Under the pieces are notes generated by a model. It saw nothing but the letters and a program-made list of their open reading frames with translations. It did no database searches and had not been told where the DNA came from. A DNA stretch of 64,000 nucleotides from Candidatus Latescibacterota bacterium (GTDB taxonomy: Bacteria > Latescibacterota > UBA2968 > UBA8231). Positions 27,379-37,828 of the stretch are shown here, in pieces. The stretch covers positions 896,001 to 960,000 of the forward strand of contig CBDFJF010000002.1 in assembly GCA_965248265.1 (NCBI GenBank). Direction: 5' to 3'. A program made the translations under genes and the position numbers. Within the stretch, counting starts at the first letter, position 1. Each line of letters opens with the position of its first letter.

Positions 27379-29893
27379 CTATGTCCTACCCACTTTCGCT
27401 ATTTCCTTCGCAAGCTGGATTGCGTGTTCCGTCGGACTACTTGGTGTCTTGCTGAACTCCAATTTGTCCGAACTTAGGAGGTCTGCCAACGTAGCCGCTG
27501 TCAATTTTTGCTCAGAATCTAGCACCTGTAAGAAATCTGCTCTCGAATCATAAAATGCTGCTAACCGCATGCTGTACCTGTACAGACTAACTAAGATCTG
27601 AACAAGAAACAGAAGCATCAACACCGAACCAACTTTCGTACTCAGAGTAGACACGATGAACGTTGTGGTATCCTGCTGCAAAGTCTCTTCAAACTCGATT
27701 TCTTTGTTCAGTACGATTCTCTGATTTTCTAAACTGAGGATCTGTCCAGGGATTCGGCTGAGTTCATCCTTCAGCGCAAACGTGTCCGGCCACGATTCCT
27801 CGTTTCCCTGCGGTTTCTCTCCTTTTCGAAACGAGTCAAGCACACTCTGATGCTCAATTTTGTCGATGTTTAGCCTGTTGACGTTTGTTTCAACGGTCCC
27901 AACCTCCTGAAATAGGTCCCTAATTCTTTCGGACGTTGCCTGCCGAACGCCTGTCTCAGCTCTTGCAAAAAGAAAAAAGCCATAGATGAGGACAGCGAAA
28001 ATCACAAAAAGAACTGTACGAGCAAGAAAGCGGACCTTGCGAGCTCTTGATCTGAGTTGTTTGATGACGAATTCGTATGTCGCATCCCCTATGCGACTGC
28101 TGTAGGAAGCACTCGGCAAAGTTATCTGCGAGATTCGTGCAAATCCTGAAATCAACACTCTCATTATGACGATTACCAAGAACAAAGCTTCGACTGAGGT
28201 AACGACTTCGGTTTTATAGAGAAATCCATCTGGAACGAAGTCCCAGCGGTAATTGCTGGCGACTGAGTGGCAAATCGCTATCAGCATCCACGCAGTAACG
28301 CCGTAAGCGCCACAATAGCAGTTTGTCAACATGTGCTCGCAAGCTATGCAGCCGATCGGTGAAGAATAGCGCTAAAGCTTGACTGGAGTCGGCGCTTATG
28401 TCGTCCATGCCGGCCGGCCGGCTCGCATTCTTAGGTTCATCCTTCGCATCTGTGGCCGCGGCCATGGGAGCTCGAAATCGCCACCTAACAGGGCCCACGA
28501 ACACGTACGCGAAATACAGGAGCAAAGCGATTGACAGAGTGGGAATCAGACGGAGCTCTAAAGAAGAGTTCACGAAACTAGAATCTGCCACCAAGTCCCC
28601 GAGCATGTAAGGGTATTCAGCGGGTTCCCAAACAACGTTGCCTAGCGCATCGTAGACTTTATCCCTCTCCATATGAAAACTTCTGCGGAGCGGCGCCCAC
28701 CCATACGGAATCGAGGACACTTCACCACGCCACTCGAAATCGTGGTAGCTGAACCATCGCGTTTGTGGTGTTCTCAGCCATTTTAAATTTCCCCAAGCGT
28801 CACCCGATAGTTCAGCATCATATGCCAGGTTGCGGTACACTTGATAGTACTCTGCATAAAGGAGACCGTCCTCCCCACGGTAGGCCGATTCTACCGCCCA
28901 CGCGGTGTCTGCGTCGATTGGAAATGCCAAATAAGGTACTCGAGTGACCGTCGGCTGCCGCCCGCCGTCGATTTCCAAAATCACAGGTACATGACCGGTT
29001 GAGATAGCGTCACCGATCAAATACAAGCCCGCGCTGGGGTCAAAGGAGTCGGAGTACGGTATGACGCCGTGTATGTCCGGAGCCGTCGCTTGCTGTGTCC
29101 AAGTGGAATCACCCAATAACCATACAGCAAGCGTGGAGTCACTTTCCTGCGCCCAGGCAACGACATTGTCTACGGCGGTGGCGACTGACGCATCCGCCGT
29201 CGGGCGTGCGAGATTGGTGAGGCGCCAGGAGTGGTCAACCTGTGTGGCGATGTAATCAGCAGTGTCGCCCAAGATAAAAAGTGCGTTTGGTCGGATTAAC
29301 TGCACACCATAAGCGGGCATGACGAAGTAACGGTTCTGACTATTGACCATCGGCAGATGCCGCCATTCCTGGTCTGGCCTCTTGTAGAAAAATGCGGCTG
29401 CGCCATCGACTTCGCCAATCGCCACTGTATTGTCTTCATTTCGCCACAGAGCGGCGATGGATTTCGCCGCAGGGATATAGTCTTCAAACCTTCCGCCGGT
29501 TTGTGTCCTGCCGCCGATGAAGCCCATGCGTTCGGTCGCGGGACCGATAACAGTTCCGAAGACGAATATGTTGCCAAGATGGTCTTCCGAAGACGTCTTT
29601 GACAAATAAAGCTCTCGCTCGAAATCTGCACTCAGTCCGACGGAGAAAAGAAGAGACGGGGTCAAGTGTATCGAACCTGATTCCCCGCGAAGCCGTCTAA
29701 AGGCCTGGCTCTGAGTGTCGTCAGACAGCGAGGCTATCTGTTGCGCAATAAATTCTGACTTGTCGCCGTCCACCCAGAATTGATATAACGGAGCAACGAA
29801 CCAGACGTAAGCAACAACAGTAATCACTATGTGCAGGAGCACCTGACCGATGTCAGGTTTCCGACGGACGAATGTCATCAATTGATGAGCCAT
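27379..29893 (-). pseudogene. Membrane protein (beta-rich extracytoplasmic domain plus C-terminal TM/coiled-coil domain) split by a probable 1-nt frameshift near 28310
   Basis: ORFs 28214-29893 and 27379-28332 overlap by 119 nt. Removing one base joins ...VDKLLLW to AYGVTAWMLIAICHS as one hydrophobic helix. The C-terminus is LVQILVSLYRYSMRLAAFYDSRAD. Confidence 0.6.
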
Positions 29894-30213
29894 CTCAAAT
29901 TCCTCGGGGTTGTAATCCGAGGTCCGCAGTGTCCAGTAAGCAGATGGGTACCAACCAACTGTCAGCAGCTCCCGGGTTCAGAATAGGCTGTACAATAAGA
30001 AATGGGCGAGCCGATGAACAGGTCGAAGACCCTCCGTGCCAGCACGCTTTACAGGTTTGCCAGCCGGCGTTAGTAGCGGAGAGCCAGTGCATTCTGACAC
30101 GTTGTCCGGATGGATTGCGGGTTAACCGATCTCGCGGACCAGAAACCAGCTTGCTGAATTCCAAGAGACATCCATTTGCTCTTTCTCCCGAAAGCATCCG
30201 CCAGCTCACACCG

Positions 30214-32409
30214 TCACGTCGAGTTGATTTCCCAACAGTTATGCATCCGCTTCCTGCGCACGAAGTCCTGCGGCAAGGTGGCAGCCGAGGTGTCCCTCGC
30301 CTGCAGGCCTGACAGACCGGATTCGTCAAACTCGAAGCGCCGGTAGTTGGTGGAGAACAGAAGCGTCCCACCCAGTGCTAGCAACCGCACCGCTTTGTGG
30401 ATCAATTCGACATGATCCCGCTGCACATCAAACTCGCGCTTCATGCGTCTCGAATTCGAAAACGTCGGCGGCTCCAGCCAAATCAAGTCAAAATCGGGGC
30501 GTTTATCACGGCCCCGCTCTTCCAGCCACTCAAAACACTCAGCTCGAATCAACTCATGATCTGCACCCGCATACCCGTTGAGTCCCAGATTACGCCGCGC
30601 CCAATCCAGGTAAGTCGTTGACATATCAACAGTAGTGGTGGACTTCGCCCCACCCGCGACAGCCCGAACTGTGGCAGCGCCAGTGTAGGCAAACAGATTG
30701 AGGAAGCGTCCACCTGCACTCCGTTGCTGTATCATGCGTCTGGTCAAACGCTGATCCAGAAACAAACCGGTATCCAAATAATCTGCGAAGTTGACCCAGA
30801 ACTGGCAGCCGTCTTCGGCGACCTGGAAGAATTTCTCCGTGGCACCCTGTTTTTCATACTGAGCCTTGCCTCTCTGTTGCCGGCGCATCTTGAAAAAGAC
30901 CTGGGACGCCGGCACCTCCAGCACCATTGCCACCGTCTCCAACCCTTCCTGACGACGACGGCTGGCCGCACCCGGGTCGACCGAGGCCGGACGCTCGTAT
31001 TCCTGCACATGCACCCAGCGCTCGTCTCCCTGGTAGATATCCACGGCGAATGCGTACTCGGGTAGGTCGGCGTCGTAGAGACGGTAACAGGTGATACCTT
31101 CACGTCGCGCCCAACGACCGGTAATGCGCAGGTTTTTGCGCAGGCGGTTGGCGAGCATTTCACTGCCGGCGCTTGAGTTCGGGGGTGCAATCGGCTGCGC
31201 CTGTTGCGTAGTCTCAACCTTCTGCACCTGAGGCGGGGCAGCAGCCGCCGAACCGATCGAAAAACACAAGAGCCGGCACTTGATCGGCCCGTTATACAGC
31301 GAATAGCTCCGGTGTGGTCGCAGGTGCAGTGCGCCTGCCAGTTTGGGATTGCCCGTGAGTACGGCGGCCTTCCAGTCACCGAAGTGAGTTTTCAGCGTTG
31401 CGCCGAGTCGGGTGTACAGGGGTTCAATCTCTTTTTGATCTCCAAGTCGTTCGCCGTAAGGCGGGTTTGCGATAAACAACCCGGAAGCATCACCAACACC
31501 GCACTTCCTCGCGTCAGCCAGTTCACCCTGAGTGACCTGCACTTTGCCTCCCAATCCCGCCCGCTCCGCATTCTGTTTGGTGATGCGCACAGCATCGGGA
31601 TCCCGGTCATAGCCGGCAATCGGTACCAAGTTTGGTAGTCCTGCTTCCCGGCGCGTCCTGGCCTCGTCCATCAAGGCTGCCCACACGGTGGCATCGAAGC
31701 CTTTCCACCCCTTGAACCCGAAGTAGGGCCGCCTCAAACCCGGAGCGATGTCGGCCGCTATCATGGCAGCTTCGATACACAGCGTCCCCGAGCCACACAT
31801 CGGATCGACCAACCCGCCCCCATTCGCCGCAATCTCGGGCCAGCCTGCCCGTGTGAGTATTGCTGCCGCCAGGTTCTCCTTGAGCGGTGCCTGGCCGCCT
31901 TCGCGGCGGTATCCCCGCCGATGCAGACTTTCGCCAGCCAGGTCGATGGCCAGGCGAGCTTCGTTGCGGTAGAGGTAGAGATTCACTCGCACGTGGGGTC
32001 GTTGCAGCTCGACGGAAGGACGGACACCAAATTCGTCGCGCATCTGGTCGACGATGGCATCCTTGACCTTGAGTGAAGCGAAGTGGGTATGATCGATTTG
32101 GGAATCGGCAGAGAAGCAGTCCACGGCAAGGGTGCCATGGGGGGACAGGTGCTGGCTCCAGTCGACGGCGAGGGTGCCGTCGTAGAGTTCTTCTGGTGTG
32201 GTTGCCGGGAAACGGCTCACAGGAAGCAGCACGCGGTTGGCGAAGCGCGACCACAGACAGATGCGGTAGGCTACCTCCATCCCACCATCGAAGGAGACCC
32301 CGGAGCGGCCGGTCTCGACGTTCCCGGCCTGCATCGACGTCAGTTCGGTGGCGAGGAGTGGTTCCATGCCTCTGGAGACGGTCGCGAACAGGGACTGGTC
32401 AGCAGGCAT
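30214..32409 (-). CDS. rlmL: Bifunctional 23S rRNA methyltransferase RlmKL
   Basis: THUMP region, SLHRRGYR, APLKENLAAA, DPMCGSGT, NPPYGERL, then YRLYDAD, DYLDTGLFLD, FLNLFAYTG and PPTFSNS. Start MPADQSLFAT at 32409. Confidence 0.93.
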   Translation of the reverse strand: MPADQSLFATVSRGMEPLLATELTSMQAGNVETGRSGVSFDGGMEVAYRICLWSRFANRVLLPVSRFPATTPEELYDGTLAVDWSQHLSPHGTLAVDCFSADSQIDHTHFASLKVKDAIVDQMRDEFGVRPSVELQRPHVRVNLYLYRNEARLAIDLAGESLHRRGYRREGGQAPLKENLAAAILTRAGWPEIAANGGGLVDPMCGSGTLCIEAAMIAADIAPGLRRPYFGFKGWKGFDATVWAALMDEARTRREAGLPNLVPIAGYDRDPDAVRITKQNAERAGLGGKVQVTQGELADARKCGVGDASGLFIANPPYGERLGDQKEIEPLYTRLGATLKTHFGDWKAAVLTGNPKLAGALHLRPHRSYSLYNGPIKCRLLCFSIGSAAAAPPQVQKVETTQQAQPIAPPNSSAGSEMLANRLRKNLRITGRWARREGITCYRLYDADLPEYAFAVDIYQGDERWVHVQEYERPASVDPGAASRRRQEGLETVAMVLEVPASQVFFKMRRQQRGKAQYEKQGATEKFFQVAEDGCQFWVNFADYLDTGLFLDQRLTRRMIQQRSAGGRFLNLFAYTGAATVRAVAGGAKSTTTVDMSTTYLDWARRNLGLNGYAGADHELIRAECFEWLEERGRDKRPDFDLIWLEPPTFSNSRRMKREFDVQRDHVELIHKAVRLLALGGTLLFSTNYRRFEFDESGLSGLQARDTSAATLPQDFVRRKRMHNCWEINST

Positions 32410-32929
32410 CAGGGTGGATTCTCCAAGGGGCTGAGCGTGGCAAGCTGCGCCAGTGAGCCCGCCAGACGCTCTTTCAGTGAACTGGGACACATCCGAGATC
32501 AGCAGTGGGCAGCCGTCGCAGGGTGTGGGTTCTGTTTTACGTAATTGAGCCAACGAGTTGGACCCCAATTACGGGCCACGAATGTACGCCAGTGAGAACA
32601 TCGGCTGCAATCTGAGCAAAGATGTCCAAACGCCTTTCGCCAGGCGGTGGGCGCACTTAGAGCCGCTGTGGTCACAACGGCCGAGCCGGTTTCCGGCGGC
32701 ATGCCCTGAAGGGTTCTGACACCCGGGCCACTTTGCGGGTAGCCGTTGTTACACCGGGGAAGATGCGTCATCAGCGCTGGCGAGTCTGACCTGCACACCC
32801 CGCTTGAGACCGACCCGACGAGGTTCTGCCGCGGGTACCGGTGCGGCAGTGGGTGCTGAGCCGCCGCTATCGCCTGGCCTGGGACAAAGAGCTGGTCGGG
32901 CAGTGCTTGCCGTCTTCCTGCGTGTCGTC

Positions 32930-33690
32930 GACGGTGAGGACGGTCCGGAATTCGTGCTGGCGCCACCACTGAGCGACGACGACGTGCAACAAATCGTCGA
33001 GACCACAGCCCAACGCGTGGTCCGCCTGCTGCCACGGCGCGGCCTGCTGGAAGAGGGCAATACCGATCCGCTCATGGAGCAGGAGCCACTGCTTGCCACG
33101 ATCAGGGCGGCTTCGATCCAGGGCCAGGTGGCCCCGGCGAGCGTGCCGGCTAACCCGTGAGCAGGCGCCTGCTCGATCCCCAGGGCATCCGCACCGGCCC
33201 CCTGTGCTTTCGCCGCGCGCGGCTTCTCCCTGCATGCAGCCACCCGCGTGACGGCCGCCGACCGCACCCGCCTGGAAAGGCTGTGCCGCTACGTCAATCG
33301 CCCCCCGCTGGCAGCGGGCCGACTGCAAATCCTGGATGACGATAGAGTGGCCTTCGACCTGAAAACAGTCTGGTCGGACGGCACCTATCGAATTGAGCTC
33401 TCGCCACAAGAGTTGATAGAGAAACTGGCCGCCCTGGTACCGCCACTGCGCCTCAACCTGTTGTGCTATCACGGCGTCCTGGCGTCCAACGCCGCCGACC
33501 GGGCACGGATCGTACCAGGCCCGAAAGAAGAGGCCTGCGAAGCGGACCCCTGTGCGCATGCGGTGCCCATCCCCGCCCAACGTCGGCACCGCCTGGCCTG
33601 GGCTGACCTCCTCCGGAGAGTTTTTCGAATAGACGTTACCGTGTGCCCGCCTGCGGTGGTCACATGAGAATAGTCGCCGCCCTTCGCCCC
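32930..33690 (+). pseudogene. Fragmented IS91-family (rolling-circle, Y2) transposase, C-terminal half
   Basis: Pieces in different frames: RVVRLLPRRGLL, GFSLHAATRV, RLERLCRYVNRPPLA, LAALVPP, YHGVLA and WADLLRRVF..DVTVCP/CGGHMRIVAA. Confidence 0.85.
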
Positions 33691-33819
33691 AGCACGGCCC
33701 GATCCCCAGCGCTGCGTCCCCATCTCCCGCTGGCAGCTGCCGTTCCGTCCGCAGGCGCTGATCCGGGCACCCTATCCGCTTGCCCATCGTTCATCGCACC
33801 ACGATACACGCAAAAGCAC

Positions 33820-33877
33820 GGCCCTCAACACCCTCGAAAAACCTCAAACGCGCTTGACGGACGCCCGATAACGCCCT
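33820..33877 (+). repeat. About 57-bp repeat, also present at 48524-48581
   Basis: ggccctcaacaccctcgaaaaacctcaaacgcgcttgac[g/t]gacgcccgataacgccct occurs at both positions with one mismatch. Confidence 0.9.
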
Positions 33878-34079
33878 GCTATGAGAAAGCCTTCTTTGTC
33901 AAATCAGGCCGACTTGTCGGCCGCGGCGGTGCGGTTTGCGCCTGATCTGCTGTGCCGGAGCTCATCTGCCATGCTGCTGCTATGAGAAAGCCTTCTTTGT
34001 CAAATCAGGCCGACTTGTCGGCCGCGGCGGTGCGGTTTGCGCCTGATCTGCTGTGCCGGAGCTCATCTGCCATGCTGCT
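33876..34079. repeat. Exact tandem duplication with 101-bp period at the IS110 right end
   Basis: atgagaaagccttctttgtcaaatcagg...catctgccatgctgct begins at both 33881 and 33982. Confidence 0.95.
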
Positions 34080-34298
34080 ATGCGCACTCTGAATGGCCGT
34101 CGTTACGGCCGGTGCAAGTTTGGGTCCATCTGGTCACAGTGCTGCAATCTTTATATCGACCTTGCATGCAGGTCAGGGCATTATGCGCAGTCACCTGGGC
34201 CAGGGCATGGAGCTCTCAGTGCAGAGAGGTCACTCGTTCACAATTGTTTGTCGCGATCGCCTTCTCCGTGTTCATGTTCCTGGTAACAGGGTCCTTGT
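33982..34298 (-). ncRNA. Putative bridge/seek RNA of the IS110 element
   Basis: Non-coding region 3' of the transposase. It contains stems GUGACUGC/GCAGCAC, GACCU/AGGUC, GCAC/GUGC and GGCCGU/ACGGCC. Segment 34145-34155 is identical to the element's left end (35438-35448). Boundaries are inferred. Confidence 0.6.
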
Positions 34299-35342
34299 TC
34301 AAGCGGCCTGTCGCGTGTCCTGTCGTAGCGGTTGATACTCGGCGCCGCTGATCCACAGAGTGTGCAGCAGCACCGCCAGCTTGCGGGCCACCGCCACGGC
34401 CGCACGCTTCTTCCCCTTCTTGCCACCCCGCTGCGCCAGCTGCAGTCCCCAATGCCGTAGATCACAATCGGGACCCAGCGGTCCCAACAGGTAGTGACCA
34501 CATTGCACCAGCAACTTGCGCAGCAGCTCATCACCCCGTTTGGAGATGCGCATCTGCGGTTGGCCATCGCCCGACTCGTGCTGGCGTGGCTTCAGGCCGA
34601 TGTAAGCACCGACCGAGCGACTGCTACGAAACCGATGCGGATCCTCCAATACCAACACGAAAGCCAACGCCGTCACCGGACCGACCCCCTTCACCTGGGT
34701 CAACCGCGCCGTGTCCGGATACCGGTCTCGGCAGTGACGCACCAGCGTCCGTTCGTACGCACGCAGGGTGCGCGTCAACGTCGCGATGGTCCGTAGCACC
34801 GGCCCCAGAGCCGGTCTTAGACTGCTGGGCACATGCATCACCGCCCGGGTATGGAAGACCTCGGCCGAGCACTTGGGAATGCGTGCCCCCATCGACTTTA
34901 CCGCACCGCGCACATGGTTGATCAGTTTCGTCCGCGTCCCCATCAGCCGATCACGTGCACGCAGAAACGCCAGGTCGACCTGGGCGTCCTCACTGCGATG
35001 CTGGACCGGGCGCAACAAGCGCGGATCGGAACGGCCCCAACGAGCCAACGATTCGGCATCGATCGCATCGTTTTTGTCTTCACCACGCCGGTGGATCGCC
35101 CGAGGATTGGCCACCAACACCGCATGGCCCAGCTCGGTCAGCAGACGACTCATCCACGGCGAGTGCGTACCGACCTCCAGCACAATGCGGGCTCGGTCCA
35201 TGCCCGTGAAACGACGCCGCAGCGCCGTCTCCGTGGTAGGCAATCGACCTTCCTCAATCACCTCTCCCGCTTCGTCCACTCCAAACACCTGAGAGTAGCG
35301 GTCGCTCACGTCCAAGCCTATCGTTACCTGTGGGAATGTCAT
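34299..35342 (-). CDS. IS110 family transposase/recombinase (DEDD RuvC-like plus Tnp20 domain)
   Basis: IGLDVS, VLEVG, KNDAIDA, GVGPVTA, YIGLKP...ESG and ISKRGD motifs; AAAGGAGG RBS before ATG 35342. Confidence 0.95.
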   Translation of the reverse strand: MTFPQVTIGLDVSDRYSQVFGVDEAGEVIEEGRLPTTETALRRRFTGMDRARIVLEVGTHSPWMSRLLTELGHAVLVANPRAIHRRGEDKNDAIDAESLARWGRSDPRLLRPVQHRSEDAQVDLAFLRARDRLMGTRTKLINHVRGAVKSMGARIPKCSAEVFHTRAVMHVPSSLRPALGPVLRTIATLTRTLRAYERTLVRHCRDRYPDTARLTQVKGVGPVTALAFVLVLEDPHRFRSSRSVGAYIGLKPRQHESGDGQPQMRISKRGDELLRKLLVQCGHYLLGPLGPDCDLRHWGLQLAQRGGKKGKKRAAVAVARKLAVLLHTLWISGAEYQPLRQDTRQAA

Positions 35343-35697
35343 TAGGCCAGCCTCCTTTGTTTGGGCCTCGAGCCCGGTAAACCCATGTTTGGAGACCAAA
35401 GTAGGTACTCCGTGCAAGGGGGGCTGGCTTTCTCATCCAATCTTTATAACAATCGCTCTCATAGAACCACTACACATTGGCGAATCGGACTCCAACGGCG
35501 AATCGGACTCCAACGAGAAGTCCAGTTTTCTGGTAGGCCCTCGTTGTCGCCGACAAACGGATCAGTATTTCTTCGTCGAATGGAATCGCGAATCGATAGA
35601 CGTTCCTGCCACGTATCTTTCATTGGACGGTAACGGTGACTTCAAACATGGCTTGCATCCGACTTACTTCACTCGCGTGCGTTGACTGGAGGTAGCA

Positions 35698-36324
35698 ATG
35701 AATACCGAAACGAAGGTTGCTTTGATCGAGAAGTCGCCGGCCCTCATCGGTTTTCTAGTTCTCGTATCCTTCTTGTTCATATACTCCGGGAACATTGACA
35801 TGTACGTGGATCGCATCACTCGCTTCGAAATTGCCGGAATCTCATTGGAATTCTCTAAGAAGCAAGTCCCTGCGGCCTTTTCGGATGAAGTCGCGAACTT
35901 TAACCCGGGAAAAGCTCTGCGCAGTCGCATCGGGTACCTGTCAGCGCCCCTAAAAAGATCCACGATGCTTGTCCTTCACGACGAACCGTCAGTGGCCAAT
36001 TGGCTGGCTAACGTGTTCCGAGGAATGGGCATGACGGTGGATGTGGGCATCTGTTCCGATGGGGCAGCACCACTTCTCAACCACCACTACGATGTAATTC
36101 TCTCTGACATGAATTGGTCAAATTGCTCTATCGGTGCAAAAGACGCTGTCGATTTCCTTGACCAAGTGGATCCCTCTGGCGCGCGCGTTGTTTTCTACAT
36201 TAGCAATCTCATGGGTAACAGAAAGCATATTCCTTTTTACGCCCATGAACTGACCAATTCCTTCGAGGGAATGCTGAATGGTGTCTTGGATGTCATTAGC
36301 CGTAGCGAGAGACTCACCAACTAA
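35698..36324 (+). CDS. Membrane-anchored protein with a degenerate response-regulator receiver-like domain
   Basis: N-terminal TM segment, then MLVLHDEP...YDVILSDM...VVFY receiver-like pattern; GGAGG RBS. Confidence 0.6.
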   Translation: MNTETKVALIEKSPALIGFLVLVSFLFIYSGNIDMYVDRITRFEIAGISLEFSKKQVPAAFSDEVANFNPGKALRSRIGYLSAPLKRSTMLVLHDEPSVANWLANVFRGMGMTVDVGICSDGAAPLLNHHYDVILSDMNWSNCSIGAKDAVDFLDQVDPSGARVVFYISNLMGNRKHIPFYAHELTNSFEGMLNGVLDVISRSERLTN

Positions 36325-36409
36325 CAAAGGGCTCGAGTGCGACAATCGCACAGACAGGGTTTGAGTTGGCAAACGTCCAATAGTCTGTCTTGATGCCAAC
36401 TACTGGCGC

Positions 36410-36685
36410 GCGTGCATTGACATTACACAGTGCCCCGACTGCGGACGGCAGACGAAGGTTATTGCGGCTCTGACGGACCCTATCGAGATTCGGTCCTACC
36501 CCGGGGCGTCGGTCTGATCGCAGCAACGCTTGATCCCAGAGGGTCGATGCGCCTGACATCCTTATGGGTCTGCAAAGGCGCCAAGAAAACCAGTCCGGTG
36601 ATGAATTTTCTGCCCGGGGCCTGCCGAACCCGACGAAACACCCATCCCCGCTCTCACAGAGTCCCGAGTTCCACTCGACACCAGG
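36410..36685 (+). mobile_element. Degenerate IS91-like 3' end remnant
   Basis: Encodes IDITQCPDCGRQTKVIAALTDP; the downstream sequence is homologous to 39460-39610. Confidence 0.7.
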
Positions 36686-36839
36686 GCCATCCTTAGTCGT
36701 CGCCATCGCCATCGGGCGCTAATACACAGCGCGCGAATCAAGTCACATCTGCTCCAGTGCGGTCCCTCAGTTTGTAGGCGCGACGGGCGTTATAGGTAAC
36801 GGTAGAATTGGCGGCATTTGCGTGATTGCCCGTCAATCT

Positions 36840-37814
36840 CTAGCCCACAGATCCGGGCACATCGAATCCGTTTGTCGCCTCTCCGCCTGGGGCCGGCGGG
36901 TCGTCCTTGAGGGCGCTCTGATTGCCCATCAGATACTGCTCGGGGATCATGCGACAACCTTGCGACATCAGGCTCTTGATCAGCTCGTTGTTGCCGGTCC
37001 CGGATTGATTGAGGAACTGCTGTATCGCGTTGCGGTACTGGGCAGTATCGCCGCCGCGCCGCCGCCAGCGCATACCGGTGAATCCTGCCAGAAGGGTTGT
37101 CAGAGTGGCTCCACCGCCCAACACGTTTCTCAACATACCGGTAGCTGATAGATCGTCGTTGGTTTGCCGCAACTCCTGCTCTAGTTTTACCTTGAGCTTT
37201 CCCTTTGCGATCACTTCATCTTCAGCGCGTTTGGTTTCCTGGGTCAGCGTCTTGTCTTTCCTGGCGAGGCTGTCCGTCAGGACGTCTTCACGCTCCAACA
37301 AATCAACTCTCTCTTGCTTTGTCGCAGCCAACTGATGTTCGAGTTGCTTGATTTTGTTTGCCTGCTCGTCCAATAGCGCCTTGTCAAAAGCGGCCGCTTT
37401 TTCCTGTTCATTGACGGCATCATTGCCGAAAAGCTGGTTGACACTACGTGCGAAGTTGCGATGGTCGAGGTGCAGCTCGTCGCGGTATTCATCGCGAAGG
37501 ACTTCAGCCTGGGCTGTGACTTGATTGACCGTTGTTCCCAACGCGACCAGTTTCTCATTTTTTTTTTCTATCTCTTTCTCGAAATTTGCAGACTTCTCGT
37601 GTATGACCGAATCTTTGGCGGCCGTCAAAGCAATTCGCTCCTGTTCCAATTTTCTGATCTTGAAAACCGATGAATCGATTACCGCCTCTTTTTCTGCCTT
37701 CTCGGCTTCCAGTATTTGTATGTCGCCGCGTTGTTCGATGTTCTTCTGCACCGAGATGGTCGTCAGTAATAGTGACACCCCCCAGGATAAAACTTCCGAA
37801 AGCGTGAAAGACAT
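36840..37814 (-). CDS. Long coiled-coil protein with N-terminal and sub-C-terminal hydrophobic segments
   Basis: E/K/Q-rich heptads between VLSWGVSLLLTTISV and VLGGGATLTTLLAGFTGM-RWRRR. Confidence 0.7.
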   Translation of the reverse strand: MSFTLSEVLSWGVSLLLTTISVQKNIEQRGDIQILEAEKAEKEAVIDSSVFKIRKLEQERIALTAAKDSVIHEKSANFEKEIEKKNEKLVALGTTVNQVTAQAEVLRDEYRDELHLDHRNFARSVNQLFGNDAVNEQEKAAAFDKALLDEQANKIKQLEHQLAATKQERVDLLEREDVLTDSLARKDKTLTQETKRAEDEVIAKGKLKVKLEQELRQTNDDLSATGMLRNVLGGGATLTTLLAGFTGMRWRRRGGDTAQYRNAIQQFLNQSGTGNNELIKSLMSQGCRMIPEQYLMGNQSALKDDPPAPGGEATNGFDVPGSVG

Positions 37815-37828
37815 GCGAGTATCTCCCG

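Larger units (their letters stand above)
33880..35448 (-). mobile_element. IS110 family element, IS1111-like (subterminal inverted repeats, long 3' non-coding region)
   Basis: 11-bp IR atgagaaagcc (33881 and 33982) vs ggctttctcat (35426-35436); TA dinucleotide at both inferred ends; TTGACA near the right end pointing toward the predicted circle junction; intact transposase. Confidence 0.8.

Noticed and set aside
32867-33787. 306-aa minus-strand ORF
   Set aside because: Antisense to the fragmented IS91-like transposase; no motifs of its own.
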